The translations under genes were made by a program, and so were the position numbers. Positions 44,801-55,344 of a DNA stretch of 64,000 nucleotides are shown here, piece by piece; positions within the stretch are counted from its first letter, which is position 1; every line of letters begins with the position of its first letter. Origin of the DNA: Azolla caroliniana (taxonomy: Eukaryota > Plantae > Polypodiophyta); assembly GCA_043228905.1 (NCBI GenBank), contig JBHGNT010000013.1:14818001-14882000 (forward strand), written 5' to 3'. Under the pieces are notes generated by a model that was not told where the DNA came from, made no database searches, and was given only the letters and a program-made list of their open reading frames with translations.

Positions 44801-47047
44801 AACAGTTAGCTCACAAGATGTGTTTGATACACTCATGCCTTTGTTCCAAAGTGCTGCGCTTGACCATGGACATGTAGACCAGCCAAGTGAGTCTCAAAGG
44901 GATAAAAATTTCCAGCAAATAAGTGTTGAAAATGCACGAAATGTCCAACCAAATGTGGCTGAAAATGAGCATGAAATTCAGCCCACGCATGATGTACATA
45001 TTGAAGATGTATTACATAATGAACGTATGGCTATCGAGAGGTCACAAACTATGCCGAGGTGGCTGAAACAAACTTTGCAAGATAGCAAATTGAGTGCACC
45101 TTTACTTGGTAAAACAAGATCAAGCTCTCGCCATGCATCAGGTAATTTTGTGGATTATTCTATTGTTGCAATAGCATGTAATGAGGAGCCACTTACTTTT
45201 GAAGATGCATGTGATGATCCACATTGGATGAGTGCTATGCAATCAGAAATGGATTCCATTCATAAAAATGGTACTTGGGAGTTATGTGAATTGCCAAAAG
45301 GAAAGAATGTGATTGGTACTAGGTGGGTTTACAAGATTAAACGAAAGCCCGATGGTAGTATTGATCGCTACAAAGCTAGATTGGTTGCCAAAGGATATGC
45401 CCAACAATATGGCATTGATTATGAGGAAACTTTTGCACCTACTTCACGCATGACTACCATTCGTACCGTGGTTGCATTGGTTGCCCAAAGAGGTTGGAAA
45501 ATGCATCAATTGGACATAAAAACAGCCTTTTTAAATGGTGATTTGCAAGAAGAGGTTTATGTGAAGCAACCTCCTGGATTTGCTACGAAAGAGAAAGAGC
45601 ATATGGTTTGTCGCTTGCATAAGGCCTTGTATGGTCTCAAGCAAGCTCCGCGTGCATGGTATGAAAAAATCCATAAGCACTTGATTTCTCTTGGCTTCAC
45701 ATGTAGTCCGATTGAAAGCACACTTTATGTACGCAAAGATGGGGCTGATCTTCTAGTGCTCGTTCTTTATGTTGATGACATACTCTTGACTGGGTCATGT
45801 GATGCAAAACTCGATTTTCTTATGGCTGATTTGCAGCATACTTTTGAAGTCACTTATCTTGGTCTTTTGAGCTACTATCTTGGCATCCAGTTTGTATCCG
45901 TTGAGGGGGGAATGTTTATCCATCAAGGAAAGTATGTTGAAAAACTACTTCAGCGTTTTGACTTTGAGGATTGCAAGCCGGTTTATACACCTGTGGAGAC
46001 AGGATTTAGGTTCTCTGTTGAGGATTCTAGTGATGCGTTTGATACTTCTCTTTATCAACAAGCTGTGGGATGTCTTATATATGCATGCAATACAAGGCCG
46101 GATATACAGTATGCAGTCTCCCAATTGAGTCGATTCATGCATAGCCCTGGCACTAAGCATTGGCAAGCAGTGAAACGTGTGTTCAGATATCTTAGAGGCA
46201 CTTTGAGCTTGGGTCTCTTTTATGGCAGAGATACTCAGCCATGCTTGCATGCTTTTACAGATAGTGATTGGGCTGGTTGTTATGATACTCGCGTGTCCAC
46301 TAGTGGTAATTGCTTTTTCTTTGGAAACTCATGTATATCTTGGTTGAGTAAAAAGCAACCTACAGTGGCGACATCAAGTTGTGAAGCTGAGTATAGGGCA
46401 GTTTTCACAACTACAGTGGAGTGTATATGGCTAAGACGCCTTTTGATGGATCTTTGCATGGAGATTGAAGTTGCTACACGTATTCTCACAGATAGTCAGA
46501 GTGCATTGGCTGTTGCACGAAATCCTGTATTTCATGCACGGACCAAACACATTGAGGTGCATTATCACTATGTGAGAGAGCGCTTTCATGCAGGAGATAT
46601 TGATTTGGTATATGTGCCTACACAAGATAACGTGGCAGACATATTCACCAAAGCTCTTCCACGAGAAAAGTTTGAAGCTTTTCGCAAAGCTTTAGGCTTA
46701 TTGCCTTGTGGGGGCTGATCTGTCACTCCTTATACATGTTCACATCATTCGCTCCAGGGGGGTTTGTTACACTTGCGTGTTCCTCTAGTAGCTTTGATGT
46801 GAACCATTTTCCCTATACATGGGCACTTTTTACTCTAGTGCTGGCTAGAGGTTTTTTCCCCATGTTACCACATACATGAGTCACTCATATGTGGTGGTAC
46901 TTAGTACTTAGGGATATATATTTCAGCTCCTATTTTTTTTAGGAACATTCATCAATAGAGAGCTATTCCAGCCATTGCCTTCCTTGTGTGAGTGCTTCTT
47001 TCTTTGAGCTTCTTGTGTGTTTCCCACTCTTCCTCACATACCCAACA
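41878..47047 (+). mobile_element. Intact young Ty1/Copia element
   Basis: 283-bp LTRs 41878-42160 and 46765-47047 (one difference seen by eye); TSD ACGAC; PBS TGGTATCAAAGCC; PPT AGGGGGG. Confidence 0.97.
42447..46718 (+). CDS. Copia gag-pol polyprotein (uninterrupted)
   Basis: CKYCRKVGH, FDSGAS, HSDV..TDRGGEY..GVAER, YVDD, TDSDW..ADIFTK. Confidence 0.97.
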   Translation: MANNGDLFGMLQAEDKLDGTNYPMWSYMMKHVLVAKQLWNIVVDVDRRPAGPTTSQSTITDTGSSSSTVTSSTPPTQEQLRWDGKDAQAHALIALSVKRHIVPHIRSCSTSKQAWDTLASLYAVRNEARVAYLRKQLEDVYMAENESVDVYVTRIKDLKEQLANIDEIISNTSLVSTLLKGLPESFQSFATTIRLVAKGNTYMYAFDEVVSLLLQEEQSRVNRSGLIEGTQALAISQKGKGKHGSAFGSSKPKPQPPSFTYSSNDGDLQKKKRCKYCRKVGHTIEECRKLVKRNEKKKESGMTISENVSSAKSDEANMAQDYWACVVTYHYDASLHSKCMVVSEIDSDWFFDSGASKHITSCKSFFASLKDAPKGGHVVCANNASYPIIGVGEIELSAANGGVVILKNVLYVPGIKKNLISVPLIAKAGLHVHFVDDKCMVHDYSNGDVIVMSGTLCNGLYRLDTYKRASLNALAVHTSSMAEMELWHARFGHLNFNSLLHLQKKDMVIGLPTLEFIEKHACEGCILGKMHRASFPKDSHTHTTRKLQLVHSDVCGPVKTPSFGKHVYFVTFIDDATRHTWVYPMKAKNEVFSCFKSFLAMAENFSANKLLTLRTDRGGEYMSHEFNAFLCERGILHQCTVPYTPQQNGVAERKNRTLLEMARCMVKGKHLPNKFWMEAVMCANYVLNRCPTKALRVITPYEAWNGHKPMVSHMRVFGCLAYALVPSQQRHKLDDKAKKCIFVGYSAESKGYRLYHPLTDTIIVSRDVVFAENSAFPFLECKKQPTVSSQDVFDTLMPLFQSAALDHGHVDQPSESQRDKNFQQISVENARNVQPNVAENEHEIQPTHDVHIEDVLHNERMAIERSQTMPRWLKQTLQDSKLSAPLLGKTRSSSRHASGNFVDYSIVAIACNEEPLTFEDACDDPHWMSAMQSEMDSIHKNGTWELCELPKGKNVIGTRWVYKIKRKPDGSIDRYKARLVAKGYAQQYGIDYEETFAPTSRMTTIRTVVALVAQRGWKMHQLDIKTAFLNGDLQEEVYVKQPPGFATKEKEHMVCRLHKALYGLKQAPRAWYEKIHKHLISLGFTCSPIESTLYVRKDGADLLVLVLYVDDILLTGSCDAKLDFLMADLQHTFEVTYLGLLSYYLGIQFVSVEGGMFIHQGKYVEKLLQRFDFEDCKPVYTPVETGFRFSVEDSSDAFDTSLYQQAVGCLIYACNTRPDIQYAVSQLSRFMHSPGTKHWQAVKRVFRYLRGTLSLGLFYGRDTQPCLHAFTDSDWAGCYDTRVSTSGNCFFFGNSCISWLSKKQPTVATSSCEAEYRAVFTTTVECIWLRRLLMDLCMEIEVATRILTDSQSALAVARNPVFHARTKHIEVHYHYVRERFHAGDIDLVYVPTQDNVADIFTKALPREKFEAFRKALGLLPCGG

Positions 47048-47052
47048 ACGAC

Positions 47053-48453
47053 CATCAATGACTACTATGGAGGCTGGACAAGGGAGTTTTCTTAGGGATA
47101 TCTAATGAGCTTGGGCAAAACTTCTATCCATGAAGTAAGAATTAGTTTTCAAACTTTAGGAGTGCTAAGACATGTACTGGAGGGGTACATTTAGTACTAA
47201 TTGTTACTTGAGCTAAGAACACATTGCTAACTTGCTTAGAGGGAATGGAACCACTAATGGGTTGCACAGATCTAGGGCTGTCTAGCCAAATGACTCCTAT
47301 TTTGGCTGGATTTAGTTGTTTAACTCTTCTTCTAACTAACTAAGGACATCAAATTTGTTTGATAGACTTGGGCCATTAGTACTATTTGGACTCTTAGATA
47401 CTCCTACCGAAATAGACTCGGGTTTAGTACAAGCAACTATTTGATTTACCTGTCTTCTTGGCCTATCTGAACAGTTTATTGCGATATGCTTGGTCCTCCA
47501 CAGTAAAGACATAATCAATTTACTCGACATTGTTGCTTTTCTTCTTCCGACAATGGTCCACGATAACGTTTGTTGTCGATTTCCATCGGTGTTGGAGTAT
47601 TTGCCGGAGATGCATGATATGACTCCCTTGCAAATGGTTTTGCTACAACCGAGGCGTATGTGGGCTCCGACCTGGTCCTTGGCATTTGTAACTGGCGTTT
47701 CGAACGTCGTTCGAAAAGCCGATTATCGCATTGTACCGCTCAACTGATTGCCTCTATGAGCGATTTTGGTTCTTCAGAGAAAGTCAGTAGTAAGTCTTTG
47801 ACATCATTTCGTAGGCCCTATCGAAGTTGCTCCATCAATGCTTGGTCATCCCAGGGGATATCAGAAGCGAGTAGACGGAAATCTGCAATGTAAGCGGAGG
47901 CTAGATGATCACCTTGACGTAATCGTCGGATTTTGTTGATTGCCATCCTTATGCTATCAGTATCTCCAAACCAAGCTTTAAACTCGCTTATAAACTCTTC
48001 AAAAGTATTTAGTAAGGGAGAATTGTTTTCCAACAACGGAGTGAACCATGCTAAAGTTTAGCCACTCAGTAACGTGACTACTAGACCCACTCGTGAAGCA
48101 TCGATGGGATATCGGGAAGGATGCATTTGAATGACTAATCGTACCTGATTAAGGAATCCTCTGAACTGTGATCGCGTTCCATAGAATTTCATAGGAAGGC
48201 CGATCTTGGGCTCTTTATGAATCCCTTGAGTACTTGATCCTTGTTGTTGCAACACTACAATGGTTGCTTCAAATTGTTGCACGCGTAACGCTAACTCCCC
48301 ATGTTGTCGTTGCGCTTGCTGCTTTTCTAAAGAGATTTGTTGAAGATCCCCCAACAACCGTTGATTTTCTTGTTCCAGTGCAACAAACCTTTCTTTCAAG
48401 CACTGCAACTTTACGAAAATAGATTGGTATTCTTGAGCGCTAACAATTTCCAT
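47053..48453 (-). pseudogene. Chromovirus gag relic
   Basis: EPKIGLPMKFYGTRSQFRGFLNQ, LRQG..YIADFRLLA..WDDQAL, LCLYCG. Confidence 0.85.
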
Positions 48454-48520
48454 AGTATTGGAGGAAGGAAGGATAAGAAGATTAGTATGAAGGGAAGGAG
48501 GGATATGAAGCTGAAGAGCG

Positions 48521-48532
48521 AAATCGGTTCAA
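48521..48532 (-). promoter_or_regulatory. Self-priming PBS
   Basis: TTGAACCGATTT 2 nt after the 5' LTR, complementary to AAATCGGTTCAA (48721-48710), 33 nt downstream of the TATA start. Confidence 0.85.
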
Positions 48533-48873
48533 ACTGTTAGGGATAGTACTAGAGGCAAGGAGAATTAGTACTAAAGGTAGAGGAGAAGAATGAGGATTAG
48601 TAGTAAGAAAGGAAAGAGTGTGTGTGAACCACGTGAGAGGAGAGAGAGAGAAATATATTATATTATAATAAGAAAGAAACAAGAACAACTAGGAGGCTTA
48701 AGACTGGTGTTGAACCGATTTGGTTCTTGATAATGCCATGTGCCTCTTTTTATAGTGGGTTTAGGAATACTCTTGACATTTCTAGAATGTTCCAGAGAAA
48801 TCTAGAATATATATGGATTTCCTAAGTGAAATAATAAATGGAAATAATATTTTTTGTATTACAACTTATAGCT

Positions 48874-51456
48874 TGTTGAGCGGCAAGCTCAACCGGATCC
48901 GGATCGGCATCCAGAAGGATGAGCCGGATCAGTGAGCTGGGGAGCTGGTTAGCTGGATCAAGCAGTAACCAGAAGCCAAGTAGCAGCTAGTCTACTAGGG
49001 AGTTAATATCTCGTAGTTAGTGTTAGATGCTCGTGTGAGCGTTGAAGTACACCGTACTTCTGTCAGTCCGGATGGACTTGTATAAAAGTGTTCACTGAAC
49101 ACATACGATGTACAGACTGAGTAGTATTTTTTGAATTACGTTTTTGTGTGCTCTCTCTCTCTCTGTCTCTCCCGCGTACTGTTAAGCTCTCCATTAAACC
49201 TGTTTTTCTGTTTTCTATTGCTTCCACACGCTATTTGTTTCTACATGGTATCAGAGCATGAGCGTTGAAGACCTCTGCAGCCGACATTCGATTTCACAAG
49301 ACAAACCCTAAAGGTTGTGAGAACAGAACAGTAGAAAAAATAAAAATAAAAATGGATAGAGGAATGGCAAGCTCGCTCCCGGTGGAGAAGCTCGACAGAA
49401 CCAACTACGCATCTTGGTCTTACAAGATGCACCAGTACCTGCTTGGGCATGGGTACTGGAGCTATGTCGACGGAGCTAACGACATAGCACCTGATGTGGC
49501 ACACATGGACTTCCCAGTGTGGGAACAAGCGACAAGTAGGGTGATGTACTGCTTCGCATCTAGTGTCGGAGACCAACTGCTAAGCCATATCCGAGATGCC
49601 AAGACGCCAAAGGAAGCTTGGGGAAACCTGAAGAAGGTTTTCGCCACAAGCACAATGGCCAAGAAGCTGCAACTTAGACAAGAGCTAAGTAATGTCCGAC
49701 AGAAAAATCTGTCTGTGGCCGATTACAGGGCCCGAATCAAGGAAATTTGTGACTCACTCGGCTCCGTCAATGTAAACATTGAGGAGGACGAGATGGTGCA
49801 AGTGTGCCTTGGTGGGCTAGCGTCCAGGTTCGGAGCTTTCCGAACGGCGGTCTGTACGAGGGAGAATACGTCGTCATTTTTCGACTTACAATCGATGCTC
49901 CTTGTAGAGGAGAACCACGCCGGTGCGTCAACAAGTGCACCCACCGACAGCCAGATGTTGCACACAGAGGTGGATTGGCCCCATGGGCATGGTGGACGAA
50001 GCGGGTCGGTTCGCAATGGTAGCGGTCGGCAAGAGCAAGACCGACAGCACAGAGACCGTGCTGACAGCAGTTCCGGGACCTCCACAACCAAGGGGATTCA
50101 AGGTAGCGCCGGAGGCCGGCAAGACAAATCTGCCATGGAATGTTGGTACTGTGGCAAAAAAGGGCCACAGAGAAAGCAAGTGCTGGAAGAAACGCGCCGA
50201 TTCAGATAGATCTGGATCCGGAAAACCGGTCGGGAGAACCGGCAAAGCTCGCACTACGCGCAAGGATCGAAAGGATCTGGAACTGGGAAGACCGGTAAGG
50301 GGCCAGCCTTGGTGATGAAGCACAAGGCAAATTTGATGAAGAAGACCACTTCCAAATCGGAGGAAGTGTGGTGCATTGATTCCGGTGCATCAAATCACAT
50401 GACGAACCACAAAGAGTGGTTTTCCTTCCTGGAGAAACCGGAACAACCGGGAGTTGTCGAAACCAGAGACGACACTCCTCACCCAATCATGCATGTCGGT
50501 GAAGTCCCTTTGAGCCACGCCGAATAGAGGGGGAAGATGATGAACGTATTACACGTTCCGACTATCACGAAGAACCTGGTGTCGGTCGGACAAATCGTCG
50601 ACCAGGGAATGCAGGTGCGGTTTACGCACCTCGGGTGCTTCATCGAGGAGGAGGGCCAGATTATTGCACAAGGGCACAGAGACAGGAGGATGTTCATCCT
50701 CGACACCAATGACGTTGGCACCGCTTTGTTCGCCAAAGGACAGAAGATTGAATCGTACATCGATCTCTGGCACAAGCAGATCGGCCACGTCAATTACCAG
50801 AGGTTTCAAGACCTACAAACGAAACAAGTTGTTTTCGTTTTGTCGAAGTTCATTGGCCGGAAGGCCCAAGTATGTGAAGCCTGCCAACTCGGGAAGCAAC
50901 ACCAGCTTCCATTCCCCACCGAACGAAACCGTAGCCGTTACAAGCTCGACCTTATTCATTCGGATGTATGGGGACCGGCACAGAACGTGAGTCTTGGCGG
51001 GAGTCCATACTTCGTCTCCTTCATCGACAACTATAGCCGACACACATTGATCTACCTCATTGAGCGAAAGAGCGAAGTCTTCGACTGTTTCTGGAACCTC
51101 CAAAGCATAGTGGAATGGGAATTGGAGAGGAAGATCAAGTGCCTGCGGTCAGATGGCGGAAAAAAATATTTTTCCAGCCAATTCAACAGTTATTTGCAGC
51201 AAACAGGAATTTGGAGAGAGTTAAGCTACAGATACACACCGGAGCAAAACGGTGTGGCCGAAAGGAAGAACCGGTCGCTTGTCGACGCGGCAAGGGAAAT
51301 GCTAGAAGAGAAGAGCATGCCCCATTTCTACAGGGCGGTCGTCTACATCCAAAACCGGATCGGTGACAAGGTGTCCGCGCATGAGCTGTATTTTGTGCGC
51401 AAGCCGAATTTGAGACACCTTCGGATTTTCGGCAACATAGCATATGTGCATGTGCC
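48874..51456 (+). mobile_element. Decayed Ty1/Copia 5' half (LTR 48874-49245, gag, protease, integrase)
   Basis: PBS TGGTATCAGAGC at 49246; EKLDRTNYASW, IDSGASNHM, GVAERKNR; cut at YVHVP|. Confidence 0.92.
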
Positions 51457-54400
51457 TGGTAACTCTTAGGGCCGGACAATGGCCTAACACAGGGTGTCTA
51501 CGGAAGACACTTCACCAAAGGGGTGTTACGGCAAGAGGAGTAGGCTCAACGATTAATCCGACTTAATTAGGTTACTTAGCAAGATCGTCCTTAATAATCA
51601 CACGCGTAAGATATAACAATGAATGCAGAACGGCAATTAACACAGAGAGATAAAAAACACTAAGCTTCATTAATTATCCGCCTCTCATTTCATTGTATCC
51701 GGGCCTTTAAATAGGTTTCCGGTCTGTAGTACAAAACCCGCACCTGTTCGGGATCGGTCCGGATCCGGAACGGCATACCGATTCCGGTCCGTCCGTCCAC
51801 ACTCATAGCTTACTTACAACCATTCCTAATAATTAATTAACTCCTCCGTTTCACACTCTGGACTCCTTTGTTGGCCGGTAACACATGGCACGCCCGTGGG
51901 ACAGTACCTTGTACGTCGAATCCACCATCCGACCCTTGCTATTCTTCAACCAAAATATCCAGAATGCTTTGTTCGAGAGTCTCCAATGGTTCATCTGGAA
52001 TTGGTTGTTGTTGTTGTTGTGGTTGTTGCTGCTGTTGTTGCTGCTCTGTTGATGGCTGCTGCGACTGGTCCTTTGATGGCTGCTGTGGTTGCTCCTCCGT
52101 TTGTTGCTCTGACACCGGCATAGTGGTCTCCGGTTGACTGGTTCCGGCCTGGCCCTCGGCCGGCGACGGTTCCTCATCACTAAGGTTAACCATTGTCGCT
52201 TCCCGTGCTTTTTCTTCCCGAACCCGGGACCGGTCGTAGCTTTCAAACTGGATTTGAGCGTCCAGCCTATCATCGTCTAGCTGAGCTACGAGTTGCCGGA
52301 CCTGCGCCAGCTGTTCATCCGCCAGGACTTCGAAGTCTTTGGCCAGCTCGTCCCGTATGGCGGTGAAGTCCTCGGAAGTCAACGTATAACAATCATCTCC
52401 TTCCTTCCACCGGTTTGCCACGTCTGCCCGTAGCAATTGGAGTTCCGCCGTATTTTGTGCCCACTTTGTCCACCATCTTATGGAGCTTTCGTCAATCAAG
52501 CGTTTTGTCTGATTCAACCATGCCCGGAGGATGCACTGAATCCGGCCCGTTCCCAATTGCGATTTGATCTCCGCCGCTTGCCGTTCCTCCTTCAATTGCT
52601 TGATGATTTTGACATTGTCTTCCGCCTGCTCCTTGTAATGCGTCAATTGCCTTTGATATGTGCTTTGTAATTTTTGCAATACCGTTGACGCTCTCTCCTT
52701 TTCTTCCTGCTGTTGCCTCTGGAGCTCCATCCGGACCTTCTCCGCCTCGTCCAACCGTCTTGTATTTTCCGCTCGTTCGTCGGCAAGCGCCGTCGCCGCC
52801 TGATCAACTTCCTGATAGAGCTCGGCCACCCGTTCCTTATGCTCCGTTTCCAGCCGTTTGTAGTCCCGGTGCAGGTGCTCAAAATCATCTGTCTTTTGTT
52901 TGAGCCGTGCGTTGATCTGTCGACGGGCCCAGTCCTCGTGGTCCTTCTGCTGGCGGAACTCTTCCTTTAGCCGTTCAATTTCCGTTTCCGCCGTCTTCTG
53001 CAGCTTGTCCTTTTCCTGCAGCACTTTGTCTTTTTCCTGCCTTAGCCGGCCGTACACTTGATGGCCTTTCCGGAGGCTCTCCTCTGCCCGGCGGAGGTTC
53101 TCAGCAGTCTTCTTTAATTCTGCTTCGGGCGCTGTCTTCAATTCCCATTCCCGGCTCCTTAGCACTTCTTGTGTGGCAAGTTCATCTCTCAATTCCGCAA
53201 GCTCCTGGGCTTGCGCCGCATCTCTCTCTGGAACGGTTTCTGTTGCCGGGGTCTTATTAGTATGTACAGGTTGGTCGGGTTCTTTATACTGTACACTTAC
53301 CGGAGTCATCGGTGATTGGATCTGTGTTGCCGTTAAGGCCATTTTGGCCATTTCTGTCGTGACCTGATCCAAGTCTTTTTCAAGGCACCAGATTCTGGAC
53401 CGGGCCGTCTCTAGTTGTTCGGTTGTGACGAGCAACCGTTCGTTGTGCGCTCTTTCTTCCGCTTCAATATACCCCACTGCTCCGGCAATCTGTTCGCCTA
53501 TCCACCGGAGCCACAGGCTACTGGTGCCTTGTTGTAGCGTTTGCACAGAGGTTTGACGGATGGGCTCGCTTGTAGATGGGTGGTCCTGCCTGATTGTGCC
53601 GAGTTGCAATTCCGTTTCTGCCCGTGGACCACCCTACTGTCCTGGTTCCCCTTGCGCTTCTTCTTGGTTGGCCGAGGGAGGCTGTATTGACCTTTCCGGC
53701 TCTGGCGGAATGGGACTTGCCGGTGCTGCCGGTGGTGCAAGGGCTTCTGATTCCGGTGCCATGCGCTCCGGTTCCGGTTCCTCCCTTGGCGTGGGAGTCT
53801 CAGATGGGGAGCCGGTGTTCCCTCCGTCTGAGGGTCCAATTGTTTCCCGGCTGCCTCAACGGTCCTTGCCGACGATCGTCGTTGGAGGTGCTCCGTAGGC
53901 TCCTCCTCTATTTCCTCTTCCTGAGTCCCGGCATTGAGTTTTGCCGCCAAGGGGTCCGCTTCTCTATTCACCGGTCGGCGGAGTGTAACATTTACGAGCC
54001 GTACCAGTGGTTCCTCCTGCGCATTTGTTGGCCGCTTCCGGCTAGCGCTCTCCTTTCCCGCCTGTTCTGCGTCCGCCGCCTTCCCCTTAGTGGCCTTAGA
54101 GGCCAACAACTGTTGTCTTTTGGAAGCAGTCTTTGGGGTGTCGTCCGCCACTCTTCCCCGCTTCTTGGGCTGAACGGGCTCGACGTGTGGCACAAGCAAG
54201 GTGAGCCACTGCGTTACTGCGTGCCATATCCTCCGTCCTTCTCGGCCTTCTTTGCCGTCTTTTCCTTTGACGATCTCGATCGCCGCACACAAACCGTCTG
54301 CGATCAATATTGGCCAATCCACCTTGATCCCTTCATAGGTGGCGATGATCATCCCTGCCCGGTTCTGTGGCATGACAGGGGGTCTAGGGTACACATGGTC

Positions 54401-54681
54401 CTATTCGTGGAGCACACGGGCAATCTCGCGGAACAACATATCTCCGCCGCCCTGTGTCCGGTAGCCCTTGCTGGCTAGGGAGTACTCACCAAAATACTTG
54501 ATGAGTTGCTCCGAGGTCGGATTGTCGATCGTGAATATGCCTCCCTCCGGAAGGTCTGTTAACGCACGGATCGCCTCATCCGTTGTCGTAGTGTATTTCG
54601 TACACTACGTGAAAAAGTAAAAATAATATAACCGATTTAATTACATATAAATAAATAAAATAAGAATATCAAGATATTTAT

Positions 54682-54752
54682 CACGTGCATAGGGCAAGAT
54701 TCGAACCTTGTACCTCCACGTAGCCAAACCTCAACTTTACCATTATGCTACC
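54682..54752 (-). promoter_or_regulatory. tRNA-like A/B-box cassette antisense in 5' LTR U3 (copy at 62931-63002)
   Basis: TAGCATAATGGTAA...GGAGGTACAAGGTTCGAATC. Confidence 0.75.
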
Positions 54753-55344
54753 TTATCTTTAGTGTTCTATAAATAGATTTAATAATTATAAGTGCTTTAT
54801 TTGCGCCTACCTTTATTAAAAGGTAAATCATGTATTTTTAGAGTGCGTGAATATTTTATAGAAAAACGCAAGCAACTAAAAAGTGACTCATGCACATCTA
54901 GCGTGCATGAGCACTATATTTAGCAAATAAAAGCAAGGATTAAAAAAGCATTACATGCACATTTAGTGTGCATGAACGTATTAGAAAAAGCATGTAGCTA
55001 TGCTTAGTCTCTCCCATCACTATATAAGGATGGGGAGCACATTGTAGTTTTTGTTGATTATTTTTCTATAATGATCAATCAATCTAAAATATTTGTGGGA
55101 TTCACGAATTTGCTAAAAATAATTCTCTCTTACTACCTAAATATTGACTAAATATACTAAACTCGTGGGATTCACGAGATTCTTATCTTATAACTCTTTA
55201 TACCTGTTCTTTACTAGTCTTATTTGTATTTTTCTTTCTCCTAGTCCAAAACCTCGGCGGTTCCCACCCGACTCACGCAAACGATCCGGAGCCGAAAGGC
55301 ACGACACAGTTGGTGAACCCGACGTGAAGGCGGGTGGCAAGGAG

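Larger units (their letters stand above)
21120..48873 (-). mobile_element. Decayed Tcn1/Tf1-like chromovirus (Ty3/Gypsy); host of the central nest
   Basis: 3' LTR ~21120-21478 with PPT AAAGGGGGGTAG; matching 5' LTR 48535-48873; coding pieces colinear after removing inserts. Confidence 0.88.

Noticed and set aside
54682-54752. Functional tRNA gene (also 7366, 21383, 41226, 62931)
   Set aside because: No acceptor or anticodon stem; only the promoter boxes are retained
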